Below, piece after piece: positions 11,374-21,729 of a DNA stretch of 64,000 bases (position 1 is the first letter of the stretch; every line of letters begins with the position of its first letter). The position numbers were made by a program, and so were the translations under genes. This DNA is from an uncultured Desulfospira sp. Its GTDB lineage: Bacteria > Desulfobacterota > Desulfobacteria > Desulfobacterales > Desulfobacteraceae. A model generated the notes under the pieces. It ran no database searches. It saw only the letters and a program-made list of their open reading frames with translations, and was not told where the DNA came from. Where the stretch lies: contig OY760175.1 in the NCBI GenBank assembly GCA_963663165.1, positions 4,064,001 through 4,128,000 of the forward strand, given 5' to 3'.

Positions 11374-12366
11374 TTATAAGGTCTCCATTGTTTCAAAGCC
11401 GTACCAGGCAGCGCCGCGAAGGGCTGCCACGGGGTCCAGAATCACGTGAACGGGCATGTTGGAACAAAGGGAAAAAAACCGGCCCTTATCGGCCACAGCC
11501 CCTAAAAAATCGGCCCGTTTCAACCGGTCCAGAATCCGGGGCGGAATGCCGCCCCCAAGATAGATCCCGCCCGTGGGAAGCAATGTCACGGCCATGTTGC
11601 TGGTAACGGTTCCCAAGGCCTTGACAAACATGTCAAGGGTGGCTTCACAGATATCGGCCTTGCCTTCAAGGGCGGTCCGGACAATCACCGGGGTCCGGTC
11701 CGAAACCCTGGCCAGCTCATTTTTAAGCCATTCCGGCTCAGGGTGAATGCCTTTTTCCAGGAAAAATTCATAAATATTGGGCAGCTGGCTGCCGGAACAG
11801 ACCCGTTCAAAACTGACATGGCCATACCGGCGGCCTAAAAATTCCATCAACTCGGTTTCCTGGGGATCACGGGGAGAAAAAGCCGTGTGCCCGCCCTCGC
11901 TGGCGCAGGCCCGGTACCGCTGCCCGGTCCATACCAGAAACGCAATCCCCAAACCCGTTCCCGGAGCAATAACCGCCCGGTTTCCCTTTGGATCGGCAGT
12001 CCCCTGGTTCAGGGTGAACAGATCATCCCCCTGCAAATGGGGAACAGAAACGGCAATGGCCTTTAAATCGTTGATCAGACTCACCTTTGGAATATCACAG
12101 ACAGTTTGAATTTCCCTGGCGCTGATCACCCAGGGAAGGTTGGTGATCTGGGCCCGGTTATCTTTGACCGGGCCGGCAACACCAAAACAGGCGGCATGGG
12201 GTTTGGCTCCGGTTTCTCGAAGAAACTCTGTAACAATGGTTTCCAGAGAATTGTATCCGGCGCTTTCATACCGGGTATGGTGGCGCCCTTTACCGGCAAC
12301 ACCGTCTTTTTCCGAATAGAGCGCCAGCACCGTTTTGGTGCCGCCGATATCGCCTGCCAGAATCAT
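11374..12366 (-). CDS. glk: glucokinase
   Basis: ILAGDIGGTKT, LINDL, PGTGLG, SEGGH, GGIYLGGGI. Confidence 0.93.
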   Translation of the reverse strand: MILAGDIGGTKTVLALYSEKDGVAGKGRHHTRYESAGYNSLETIVTEFLRETGAKPHAACFGVAGPVKDNRAQITNLPWVISAREIQTVCDIPKVSLINDLKAIAVSVPHLQGDDLFTLNQGTADPKGNRAVIAPGTGLGIAFLVWTGQRYRACASEGGHTAFSPRDPQETELMEFLGRRYGHVSFERVCSGSQLPNIYEFFLEKGIHPEPEWLKNELARVSDRTPVIVRTALEGKADICEATLDMFVKALGTVTSNMAVTLLPTGGIYLGGGIPPRILDRLKRADFLGAVADKGRFFSLCSNMPVHVILDPVAALRGAAWYGFETMETL

Positions 12367-12490
12367 TTGCCATTCTCCATAATTAAGGGGCTTTATTAGG
12401 AAGATTTTACCATCCCGGATGCCGTACCATTGAATTTTTACCAGCCGGGCAGGCCTAAAGCAAGGGGATTTTCACCTGTGGTTTGCAAAA

Positions 12491-12805
12491 TTGGCCCGTA
12501 TACCCCATGATAGTACAATGTTGGCCTGGGTATTGATGCCGGATCATGCCCACTGGCTTATTCAACTTGGGGAGAAAAAGACCCTTGACCAAATTATGAA
12601 TCCAATTAAACCATCAAGTGCCCGAATGGCCAATCTCACTCTAAAAAGGGACGGACCTCTCTGGCAGGCAGGTTACCACGACCATGCCCTAAGAAAAGAT
12701 GAAGACTTGCGCAATTTGGCAAGATATCTTGTTTCAAATCCTTTACGGGCAGGGATTACCCGACATATCCTTGATTATCCGTTTTGGAATGCGGTTTGGG
12801 TTTGA
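12491..12805 (+). pseudogene. REP-associated tyrosine (HUH/Y1) transposase, N-terminally truncated
   Basis: AWVLMPDHAHWL (HUH), WQAGYHDHALR, ARYLVSNPLRAG; only about 104 aa. Confidence 0.8.
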
Positions 12806-12816
12806 AAAATATTTCC

Positions 12817-12841
12817 ATCGCGGGCATGGCCCGCTCCAACA
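12817..12841 (-). repeat. REP-like palindrome
   Basis: Minus strand TGTTGGAGCGGGCCATGCCCGCGAT has a GCGGGC/GCCCGC stem and resembles GT(A/G)G-type gammaproteobacterial REPs; 11 bp after the RAYT stop. Confidence 0.7.
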
Positions 12842-12974
12842 TTGCCCCGTGATAAAAAAACTGCTGTTTTTTCCCCTTAAAATTAGATAGAGAAAAGAAA
12901 TCGGGTTGTAAGGACGGGCCTTTATCCGGACCCCACAACAAAAACAAAGGGCAAAGGGCTTTCCAGCAAAAAAT

Positions 12975-14417
12975 ATGGCGCTTGATTACCATACCTTAAA
13001 GGCGTTAAGAAAAAACCATCCGGCATGGAAGCTGCTGGCCGCCGACCATGGCCCGCTGATTGTCTCTTTTCTTCACAAGGCCTTTATTATGCCCAATCAC
13101 CGGAGCATGAGCCGGGTGGATCTGTCCTCGGCCCTGGAAGACTTTTTGTTTGTCCTGCGGGAAACCGAAGGGAAGGATGCCTTTCCCAAAACCGCCGAAG
13201 CCTACTTAGATGACTGGGCCGCAGATGATAAAGGGTGGCTCAGAAAATTTTATCCCCCGGGTTCCGATGAGGTCCATTATGATCTCATGCCCTGGGTGGA
13301 AAAGGCGGTCACCTGGCTTGAAAGTCTGGTTTCCCGGACCTTTATCGGAACGGAATCCCGGCTCATGACCATTTTCGAACTGCTCGGCCAGATGGTCAGG
13401 GGCACCCAGGCGGATACAAAAGAAATCATCAAAAGCCTTGAAAAGCAAAAGGCGGATATTGAAGCCAAACTTGAACAGGTAAAACAGGGACGCCTGGATC
13501 TCCTGGATGACACCGCCCTCAGGGACCGGTTTCTCCAGGTCAACAAAACCGCCCGGGAGCTGTTGAGTGATTTCAGGGAGGTGGAGTACAATTTCAGGGA
13601 CTTAGACCAGAAAATCCGGGAACGGATCACCCTGTGGGAAGGCAGCAAAGGGGACCTGCTTGAGGATTTTTTCGGGGAACGGGACATGATCGCCGATTCC
13701 GACCAGGGCAAAAGCTTTACCGCCTTCTGGGACCTGCTCATGTCCCCGGCCCGGCAGGAAGAGCTGACCGAGCTGCTGTCCCGGGTGTTTGAGCTTGAAG
13801 CGGTCCAGTCCCTGTCCCCGGACCCGCGCTTAAAGCGAATCCATTACGACTGGCTCTCTGCCGGGGAACATACCCAGCGGACCGTGGCCAAGCTTTCCGG
13901 GCAGCTTCGCCGGTATCTCGATGACCAGGCCTTCCTGGAAAACAAGCGGATCATGCAGGTGATCCAGTCCATTGAGGCCCGGGGCGTAAAAATTAAGGAA
14001 GATCCGCCAGGCAATGATTTCATGGCAATTGATGAATCCGTCCCCGGGATTTCCCTTCCCATGGAGCGGCCCCTGTATACCTTCCCCATCAAGCCCGTTA
14101 TCCGGGAAACCGTTTCCTTAGGAGACGGCTCCGATATCCCTTCTGATATCCTCTATTCAGGGGTGTTTGTAGACCGGCTTAAATTAAAACGGCAAATCCG
14201 GGCTGTCCTTCAGGAAAGGGATCAGGCAAGCCTTGGGGATATCCTTGAGGGTTACCCGTTGGAAGAGGGCCTGGCCGAGCTGGTGGCCTATCTGAGCATT
14301 GCCGGGGAGGATGAAAAGGCGGTCTTTGACGATAATGAAACCCAGCAGGCCTTCTGGACCGACGACTGGGGGGTCACCCGGCGGGCACAATTTTGCAAGG
14401 TAATTTTTAACCGGTAG
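12975..14417 (+). CDS. jetA: Wadjet JetA (DUF3375, kleisin/MksF-like)
   Basis: HPAWKLLAAD, GWLRKFY, GTESRL, SDQGKSF; first gene of a jetABC operon. Confidence 0.9.
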   Translation: MALDYHTLKALRKNHPAWKLLAADHGPLIVSFLHKAFIMPNHRSMSRVDLSSALEDFLFVLRETEGKDAFPKTAEAYLDDWAADDKGWLRKFYPPGSDEVHYDLMPWVEKAVTWLESLVSRTFIGTESRLMTIFELLGQMVRGTQADTKEIIKSLEKQKADIEAKLEQVKQGRLDLLDDTALRDRFLQVNKTARELLSDFREVEYNFRDLDQKIRERITLWEGSKGDLLEDFFGERDMIADSDQGKSFTAFWDLLMSPARQEELTELLSRVFELEAVQSLSPDPRLKRIHYDWLSAGEHTQRTVAKLSGQLRRYLDDQAFLENKRIMQVIQSIEARGVKIKEDPPGNDFMAIDESVPGISLPMERPLYTFPIKPVIRETVSLGDGSDIPSDILYSGVFVDRLKLKRQIRAVLQERDQASLGDILEGYPLEEGLAELVAYLSIAGEDEKAVFDDNETQQAFWTDDWGVTRRAQFCKVIFNR

Positions 14418-14423
14418 GAATAT

Positions 14424-15023
14424 ATGGAAGAGATCAATCCTTACCCTGTCAATATCAGCAAACCCCTCATTGCCCTGATGAAGGGGGTGGTGTTCCGGGA
14501 AACGGACGAGGCCTTGTGGCAGGACCTGGAAGACGGACAGATGGCCCTGCGGGAGTATGTCCGGGTGCTGGGCCTAGAGCTTGTGCTGGACGAATCCGAA
14601 GGGTATGCCTGGCTGAAAACCCTGGAGCCTGAAGAAGGGCAGGAGCCGCTGCCAAAGCTTGTGGGCAGACGAAAGCTGTCTTACCCCGTAAGCCTGATCA
14701 TTGCCCTGCTGCGCAAAAAACTGGCGGAAAACGATGCTGCCGGAGAAGATCCCAGGTTGATTCTTTCCGTGGATGAGATCACGGACATGGTCCGGATCTT
14801 TTTTCCTTCAGGCAGCAATGAGGCAAGGTTTCTGGACCGCATTGAAGCCCACTTGAATAAAATTGCAGAACTCGGGTTTATCCGCCGCCTTAAAGGCCAC
14901 AAGGACAAAATCGAGGTGGTCCGCATCATCAAAGCCTTTGTGGACGCCCAGTGGCTCCATGAGTTTGATGAAAGGCTAAAAGAATATCAGGAAAAAGACG
15001 GTTTAAAAGAGGACATTTCATGA
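14424..15023 (+). CDS. jetB: Wadjet JetB (DUF4194, MksE-like)
   Basis: LGLELVLDESEGYAWL, RRKLSYPVSL, IIKAFVDAQWL. Confidence 0.9.
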   Translation: MEEINPYPVNISKPLIALMKGVVFRETDEALWQDLEDGQMALREYVRVLGLELVLDESEGYAWLKTLEPEEGQEPLPKLVGRRKLSYPVSLIIALLRKKLAENDAAGEDPRLILSVDEITDMVRIFFPSGSNEARFLDRIEAHLNKIAELGFIRRLKGHKDKIEVVRIIKAFVDAQWLHEFDERLKEYQEKDGLKEDIS

Positions 15024-18000
15024 AACCGGACCAGATGGAACAAGGACTGCTGGAGTTTGTTCAAAGCGATGATCTGGCCGGGTTCCGCCTGGACGCCCTG
15101 GAGGTGTATAACTGGGGCACCTTCCATAAAAAGGTCTGGCGGTTGGACCTTAACGGCAAAAACGGCCTGCTCACCGGCGATATCGGATCGGGGAAATCCA
15201 CCCTGGTGGATGCGGTGACCACCCTGCTGGTCCCGGCCCAGCGGATTGCCTACAACAAGGCGGCCGGCGCGGATACCAGAGAGCGCAGCCTGCGCTCCTA
15301 TGTCCAGGGGTATTACAAGTCCGAGCGAAGCGACATGGGACATGCTTCAAAATCCGTGGCCCTAAGGGACCACAACAGTTTTTCCGTAATCCTGGGGGTA
15401 TTTAAAAACCAGGGGTTTGTTCAGGAGATAACCTTAGCCCAGGTGTTCTGGACAAAGGAGATAAAGGGCCAGCCCGACCGGTTTTATATCGTGGCGGACA
15501 AACGGCTGTCCATCACCGGGGATTTCAGTGATTTCGGGCCGGATATCAGCCGGTTGAAAAAACGGTTGAAAGACCAGGCCCAGGTATCCGTCTTTGAGGC
15601 CTTTCCCAAATACGGGGCCGCTTTCAGGCGCAGGTTCGGCATTGAAAACGAGCAGGCCCTGGCCTTATTTCACCAGACGGTTTCCATGAAATCTGTGGGC
15701 AATCTAACGGATTTTGTCCGGCAGCACATGCTCGAACCCTTTGACACGGCCCCCCGCATTGAGGCCCTGATCCACCACTTTGACGACCTGAACCGGGCCC
15801 ATGAGGCCGTGTTAAAGGCCAAGCACCAGATTGAACGGCTCACCCCCCTGGTCAAGGACTGCCAGACCCATCAGGACGTACTGAATGAGCAGGGGCTGCT
15901 GCGGGAGTGCCGGCAGGCCTTAGCCCCCTTCTTTGCCACCCATAAATGGGGGCTGTTCCAAAAGCGCTTGAAGCACCTGGCCCAGGAGCAGGAACGCCTG
16001 GAAACAAAAATTGAGGCCCTGGACCAGAACCTCCGGGAAGGCTTGGGGGAACGGGACGGATTAAAGCAGGCCATAGCCGAAAACGGGGGCGACCGGCTTG
16101 AACGGATCCGGGCCGATCTGGACCGCCTGAATTTAGAAAAAAAAGATAAAAAAGAGCGGGCCCACCGGTATGACGCCCTGGCCCGGGATCTTTCCCTGAC
16201 CCCGGTGGAAACCCCGGACGATTTTCACGGCAATGCCCAAGCGATAAAAAAGGCCCGAACAGACCTGGAACAAAAAGAGGCGGATTTAAGAAATGAGCGG
16301 ACCGATACTGAGGTTGAGTTCAGGAAGCTGAAATCCGCCCATCAGGAACTTGAGACAGAACTCAAGTCCCTGTCTGGCCGAAAGAGCAATATCCATGTTA
16401 AGCAGATTGAGATCCGAAAGCGCCTTTGCGCCCACCTGGGCGTGGCCGAAAAACAGCTGCCCTTTGCCGGAGAGCTGATCCGGGTCAGAGAAGATCAAGG
16501 CGACTGGGAAGGGGCGGCTGAACGGCTCCTTCACAATTTCGGCCTCTCTTTGCTGGTAACAGACACCCTTTACAAGGAAGTGGCGGCATGGGTGGATGCC
16601 ACGGCGCTTAACGGCCGGCTGGTTTATTATCTGGTCCGGACAGACATCAAAGATGCGGAGATTCACCTTCACCCCGACTCCCTTTTAAACAAACTGGACC
16701 TTCACCATAAATCTGATTTTTATCAGTGGGTGGAACGCGAACTTGCCCGGCGGTTTAACTATGCCTGCTGTGAAGGTATGGAACAGTTTCGCAAAGAGCC
16801 CATGGCCGTTACCCGGGCAGGCCAGATCAAAACCGGCGGCATCCGCCATGAAAAAGATGACCGCAAAGACATAAAAGACCGGTCCCAGTATATCCTGGGC
16901 TGGACCAATGAGGCCAAGATCCGGACCTTAAAACAGCAGTGCCGGGTTCTGGAAACACAGATGCAGGAGGCTGCCGGTAAAATCACGGCCCTGGACACCC
17001 GGCACAACACCATAAGGGAACACTTGTCCAACCTGATCCGGCTTGGCGAGTACCGCTCTTTTTCCGACCTGGACTGGCAGTCGGTTTCCGTGACCATTTC
17101 CCGGCTGGAGCAGGAGAAAACAGAACTTGAAGCCGCCTCCAATATCCTTTCGGCCCTGAACCGGCAGCTGGAGGCCCTGGAAAAAAGAATCAAAGAAACG
17201 GAACAGGAACAAAGAGATGTCCGGGATCAGCTGTCCAGAAACCGGGAAAAACAGGACCAGGCCCGTTCAGGAAAAAAAATCTGCGAATCGGATATGAAGC
17301 CTGCCCAGGATATGGATACTGACAAACGGCAGTTCTTGTTCAAAGAGCTGGACACCCTGCGCCATAAGGAGTTCGGTTCCCATGTTCTCACGGTTGAATC
17401 CTGCGCCAACCGGGAAAAAGAGTTGCGCGATCTTATCCAGGGGCAGATTGACAGCCTGGACAAACGGATCCGCCGGCTGGAAGAGCGGATCATCAAAACC
17501 ATGAACGGGTTTCGCCGGGACTTTCCCTCTGAAACCATGGAAATAGACGATGCCGTGGCCTCAGGCCCTGAGTATGCGGCCATGCTCGATCAACTGACCT
17601 GCGACAACCTGCCCCGGTTCGAGTCCCGGTTCAAGGAACTGCTCAACGAAAACACCATCCGGGAGGTGGCCAATTTCCAGTCCCAGCTGTCCCGGGAACG
17701 GGAAACCATCAAAGAACGGATTGACCGGATCAACCAGTCCCTGTCCGATATTGAATATAACCCGGGCCGGTATATCCTGCTCGAAGCCCAGCTCAACCCG
17801 GATGTGGATATCAGGGATTTCCAGCAGCAGCTCAAGGCCTGCACCGAAGGGGCCTTAACCGGTTCGGACGAAGATCATTACTCTGAAGGCAAGTTCCTCC
17901 AGGTCCGGACCCTGATCCAGCGGTTTAAAGGCAGAGACGGCACCAGCGAATTGGACCGGCGCTGGACCCGAAAGGTCACCGATGTCCGCAACTGGTTCGT

Positions 18001-18412
18001 GTTTGCGGCCTCGGAACGCTGGTGCGAAGACCAGACCGAATATGAACATTATGCCGATTCCGGCGGAAAATCCGGGGGACAAAAAGAAAAACTGGCCTAT
18101 ACCGTGCTGGCGGCCAGCCTGGCCTACCAGTTCGGCCTGGAATGGCACAATGTCCGCTCCCGGACCTTCCGGTTTGTGGCCATTGACGAAGCCTTTGGCC
18201 GGGGATCCGACGATTCCACCCGGTACAGCCTGGAATTGTTCAAAAAGCTGAACCTTCAGCTGCTCATCGTCACACCGTTACAGAAAATCCACATCATTGA
18301 GCCCTATGTGGCCAGCGTGGGCCTGGTCTACAGCCGGGACGGACAGACCGCAAGACTGCGGAACATGAGCGTGGAGGAATATCGGGAATCCAAAGAGCAA
18401 AACAGCCCATAA
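15020..18412 (+). CDS. jetC: Wadjet JetC SMC-like ATPase
   Basis: YNWGTF, Walker A GDIGSGKST, long coiled coils, signature KSGGQ, Walker B IDEAF; 4-bp ATGA overlap with jetB. Confidence 0.93.
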   Translation: MKPDQMEQGLLEFVQSDDLAGFRLDALEVYNWGTFHKKVWRLDLNGKNGLLTGDIGSGKSTLVDAVTTLLVPAQRIAYNKAAGADTRERSLRSYVQGYYKSERSDMGHASKSVALRDHNSFSVILGVFKNQGFVQEITLAQVFWTKEIKGQPDRFYIVADKRLSITGDFSDFGPDISRLKKRLKDQAQVSVFEAFPKYGAAFRRRFGIENEQALALFHQTVSMKSVGNLTDFVRQHMLEPFDTAPRIEALIHHFDDLNRAHEAVLKAKHQIERLTPLVKDCQTHQDVLNEQGLLRECRQALAPFFATHKWGLFQKRLKHLAQEQERLETKIEALDQNLREGLGERDGLKQAIAENGGDRLERIRADLDRLNLEKKDKKERAHRYDALARDLSLTPVETPDDFHGNAQAIKKARTDLEQKEADLRNERTDTEVEFRKLKSAHQELETELKSLSGRKSNIHVKQIEIRKRLCAHLGVAEKQLPFAGELIRVREDQGDWEGAAERLLHNFGLSLLVTDTLYKEVAAWVDATALNGRLVYYLVRTDIKDAEIHLHPDSLLNKLDLHHKSDFYQWVERELARRFNYACCEGMEQFRKEPMAVTRAGQIKTGGIRHEKDDRKDIKDRSQYILGWTNEAKIRTLKQQCRVLETQMQEAAGKITALDTRHNTIREHLSNLIRLGEYRSFSDLDWQSVSVTISRLEQEKTELEAASNILSALNRQLEALEKRIKETEQEQRDVRDQLSRNREKQDQARSGKKICESDMKPAQDMDTDKRQFLFKELDTLRHKEFGSHVLTVESCANREKELRDLIQGQIDSLDKRIRRLEERIIKTMNGFRRDFPSETMEIDDAVASGPEYAAMLDQLTCDNLPRFESRFKELLNENTIREVANFQSQLSRERETIKERIDRINQSLSDIEYNPGRYILLEAQLNPDVDIRDFQQQLKACTEGALTGSDEDHYSEGKFLQVRTLIQRFKGRDGTSELDRRWTRKVTDVRNWFVFAASERWCEDQTEYEHYADSGGKSGGQKEKLAYTVLAASLAYQFGLEWHNVRSRTFRFVAIDEAFGRGSDDSTRYSLELFKKLNLQLLIVTPLQKIHIIEPYVASVGLVYSRDGQTARLRNMSVEEYRESKEQNSP

Positions 18413-18493
18413 CGCTATAGAATTTCCCGAAAAACAGCCTGGAATCTATAACCGATACCCCCCCCGGGGGGCCTTACACCCCGGCGGTGGTAT

Positions 18494-19000
18494 TTAGTAT
18501 ATATTCAGCTCTTTTAAAATATCTAAAACCCCCGAACCCACCATTTTCTTTCGCAAGAACTCGCCAATGGTCGGCTGCACCGGGCGGACCATGAGCGTCA
18601 TGCCGGCCTCGTTAGGGGTTCTGGCCCCCTTTTTGCAATTACAGGTTTTACAGGCAGCCACACAGTTTTCAAAACCGGTATCCCCATTCCGGGACCGGGG
18701 AATGATGTGATCAATGGTCAAGGCCCTTGTTTTAGTCCCACAGTACGCACACCGGCCATTTTCACGGACAATCAGATTCTGTTTTGAAAACGGAACCTTG
18801 CCCCTGAAAATAATCCGTATCAGCTTTACCAGGGCAACCACCGACGGGATTCGAAGGACCTGATTTTGACCATACCGCACCACCTTGTCAGACGCTTTAA
18901 CCACCCGTACTTTTTGAGCCAGCATGAGCTTAATCGCACGTTTCCAGGAAATGGTGTTGAGATACGAAAAATCTGCGTTAAGCACAATACATCCGTCCAT
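18494..19000 (-). CDS. HNH endonuclease
   Basis: VLNAD N-terminus, CAYCG, TIDHIIPRS, ENCVAACKTCNCKKG; GGGAGG RBS. Confidence 0.9.
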   Translation of the reverse strand: MDGCIVLNADFSYLNTISWKRAIKLMLAQKVRVVKASDKVVRYGQNQVLRIPSVVALVKLIRIIFRGKVPFSKQNLIVRENGRCAYCGTKTRALTIDHIIPRSRNGDTGFENCVAACKTCNCKKGARTPNEAGMTLMVRPVQPTIGEFLRKKMVGSGVLDILKELNIY

Positions 19001-19175
19001 CGCACAACCTCCCTTCTAGTTTGCATATCAAAGTAATACACAGGTTAATTGTTTAGCGCTCTGCTCGTGGAAAAAAGTGGGCCAAATGTATATAATTTTG
19101 ATACATTTGACAAGCTGAAGGTGAAGTCAATACAAAACATGAGCCCGGACGAACAAAAAGAGAAGAAAAACCGTC

Positions 19176-20375
19176 ATGAAACCCTGGACCCGGAACAGTG
19201 ATATCAAGCAAAAACTTACCCAAAAATGGAACAAAGGGACGTTCCTTGCAATGGCTGCCGACACCAGCGCCTTTGAACCCTTGCGGATTCCATTGAAACG
19301 GCCCAATGCCGGGGAGCTGAGTTCGGAATTTGAGGCGGCCCGGGACTGGGTGGCGCATCTGGTCCGCCATGAGGCCGGGGAGAAGACCGCCGGGTTTTCC
19401 ATTGAGTGGCAGGAGATGAACCACCGGGTCCTGGGCAAAAATAAAATTCCCAGGGCCGTGGTGTTCCATACCCTTGAGGATATTGTTGCTTATCTTGGGA
19501 AAAAGGAAGAGTCCCGGCGGTTTAAAGCCTTATTCCATGAGATCACGGGCCGGTTTCCCGAACTTTACGCCCCCCTGTTGAAAAATCCCCTGCTGGTTCT
19601 TGACCACGAACCGGTATGGGACCAGCTGCTGGCGGTGGTCTCCTGGATAAAAGCCCACCCGGCGCCAGGCATCTATCTTCGGCAGCTGGAGATCCCCGGG
19701 ATCGACACCAAATTCATGGAAACCCACCGGGACATCTTAACCCGGCTGCTGACCGCCGTGCTAGAGGCCGAAACCGTTAATCCCGATGCCAAAGGAAAGA
19801 ATGCCTTTGAATGCCGGTTTGGATTCCGCCCCAAGCCGGCCCGGATCCGTTTTCGCATCCTTGATCCGGCCCTGTCCATCATGGGGCTGACCGACCTTGA
19901 GGTGCCCGAAGAGCAGTTCCGGGACCTTGGCGTAAAACCGGACACCCTGTTTGTGGTGGAGAACGAAATCACCGGCCTTTCCTTTCCTTCCTTTCCAAAG
20001 GCAATGGTAATCATCGGCCTGGGATACGGGCTGTCCCCTTTGGCCCATATCCCCTGGATAAAAGAGCTGCCCATCTGGTACTGGGGAGACCTGGACACCC
20101 ACGGGTTTGCCATGCTGGACCAGATCCGGCATTATTTCCCCGAGACCCGCTCCTTTCTCATGGATGAGACCACCCTGCTGTCCCATAAGGCGTTCTGGGG
20201 AACTGAGCCTTCACCGGCAAGCCGGGATCTGCCGTTGTTAACGGATGATGAGGCAGCCGTTTATCAGGCCCTGCGTGAGAATACCCACGCTCAAAACCTT
20301 AGGCTGGAGCAGGAACGCATCTCATATTCCCTTGTGCTTGATTTTATCCGGAAAATTGAACCGGGCAGGACTTGA
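19176..20375 (+). CDS. jetD: Wadjet JetD Toprim nuclease (DUF3322 + DUF2220)
   Basis: YLRQLEIPGIDTKF, VVENE, YWGDLDTHGF (DxD), RLEQERI. Confidence 0.92.
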   Translation: MKPWTRNSDIKQKLTQKWNKGTFLAMAADTSAFEPLRIPLKRPNAGELSSEFEAARDWVAHLVRHEAGEKTAGFSIEWQEMNHRVLGKNKIPRAVVFHTLEDIVAYLGKKEESRRFKALFHEITGRFPELYAPLLKNPLLVLDHEPVWDQLLAVVSWIKAHPAPGIYLRQLEIPGIDTKFMETHRDILTRLLTAVLEAETVNPDAKGKNAFECRFGFRPKPARIRFRILDPALSIMGLTDLEVPEEQFRDLGVKPDTLFVVENEITGLSFPSFPKAMVIIGLGYGLSPLAHIPWIKELPIWYWGDLDTHGFAMLDQIRHYFPETRSFLMDETTLLSHKAFWGTEPSPASRDLPLLTDDEAAVYQALRENTHAQNLRLEQERISYSLVLDFIRKIEPGRT

Positions 20376-20396
20376 GTCTGACTGGCCCCCATATTC

Positions 20397-21647
20397 TCAT
20401 GGCGTTGCCTTCCAAAGGCTGGATATGGGCACGGCGTACAAATCCTTCCCAAATCCCACCACAGCATCGCCGTCATAGAGGACCACGCCTGCGGCAAAGC
20501 GCGTCTGAACCGCGTTCTGAAGTTTTCGCAATCCTTTGAAATCATTCAGGGTCACCGTGGATGAGGCCTTTACTTCAACTGCCGCCAGTCTGCCGACAGA
20601 TTCCAGGATAATATCCACTTCGACTTTATCCTTGTCACGGAAATGGCTGAAGGCAATCGTTTCCTCCTGCCAGCTGGCCTGCCGCCTCAACTCCTGATAA
20701 ACAAATGTTTCCAAAAGGCTCCCATAAGCCGTGCGATCCTTCCACAACGCATCTGCGGAAAGCCCCAGTAGCGTGCAGGCAAGGCCGGTGTCTCCCATAT
20801 GCAGCTTGGGGGTTTTGACCAAACGCTTCATCCGGTTATGATGCCAGGGTGGCAGTTCTTCAAGCAAAAATATTCGTGACAGCAGCGTCATATACTCCCG
20901 GATGGTGGGCCGGCTCACTTGGAAAGGGGCGGCGATTTCAGATACGTTCATCAGGCCGGCGGTCTGCCCGGCGGCCAGTGTCAACAGCCGGGGCAGCGCA
21001 TCCATGGCGCTGACCCGCGCCAGATCCAGGATATCGCGCTGAATCAAGGTTTCAACATAATCCCGGTACCATGCCATCCGCCGCCCCGCCTTAGCCCGGG
21101 CCAGAGCAGCCGGATACCCCCCTGCCGCTATACACTCCGCCATTGCCGTCCCCAGGCGCTGTCCCGATTTCCCTGATTTAAAGCCGGTTTTAAACAACAT
21201 CGACAAAAAATCCGGTTTTTGCCCGGCAAGTTCTGCCTGGGACAATGGGTGCAACCGCAAAATTTCCATTCGGCCGGCCAGCGAATCTGCAAGTTTCGGC
21301 ACCAGGAGTACGTTGGCCGATCCTGTCAAAATAAACCGGCCCGGTTCCCGCCGTGTATCCACGGCCGCTTTCAGGGAAGTAAACATTTCCGGTACCCGTT
21401 GTACCTCATCCAGTACGGCCCGGCGCGGCAGGTCGTTCACATAACCCACCGGGTCGGCCTGGGCCGCCGCCCGCTGCACATCATCGTCAAAGGTAAAATA
21501 GGCAAATCCGACCTCATCTCCCACCCATCTGGCCAGGGTTGTCTTGCCGCACTGCCGGGGCCCGTGGATCAGGACCACCGGAGAATCTTCCAGTGCCTCA
21601 AGAACGCGCAAACGAATATAACGGGGGTATAAAGAGCCTTCTTTCAT
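20397..21647 (-). CDS. AAA_14 ATPase with DUF4143 / PD-(D/E)xK-like C-terminus
   Basis: GPRQCGKTT, LDEVQ, LTGS, SLAGR, PKLHMGDTG, EVDII...VEVK. Confidence 0.9.
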   Translation of the reverse strand: MKEGSLYPRYIRLRVLEALEDSPVVLIHGPRQCGKTTLARWVGDEVGFAYFTFDDDVQRAAAQADPVGYVNDLPRRAVLDEVQRVPEMFTSLKAAVDTRREPGRFILTGSANVLLVPKLADSLAGRMEILRLHPLSQAELAGQKPDFLSMLFKTGFKSGKSGQRLGTAMAECIAAGGYPAALARAKAGRRMAWYRDYVETLIQRDILDLARVSAMDALPRLLTLAAGQTAGLMNVSEIAAPFQVSRPTIREYMTLLSRIFLLEELPPWHHNRMKRLVKTPKLHMGDTGLACTLLGLSADALWKDRTAYGSLLETFVYQELRRQASWQEETIAFSHFRDKDKVEVDIILESVGRLAAVEVKASSTVTLNDFKGLRKLQNAVQTRFAAGVVLYDGDAVVGFGKDLYAVPISSLWKATP

Positions 21648-21671
21648 GGCGGCTATTTGTAAACCAAGCTA

Positions 21672-21729
21672 CGTCTAATTGCAAGTTTTATTTCGTCTGA
21701 TTGAAAGTTTTTGTTCGTCTGATTGAAAA
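21672..21729. repeat. three direct repeats at 22-bp period upstream of the AAA-DUF4143 gene
   Basis: CGTCTAATTGCAAG (21672), CGTCTGATTGAAAG (21694), CGTCTGATTGAAAA (21716). Confidence 0.8.
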
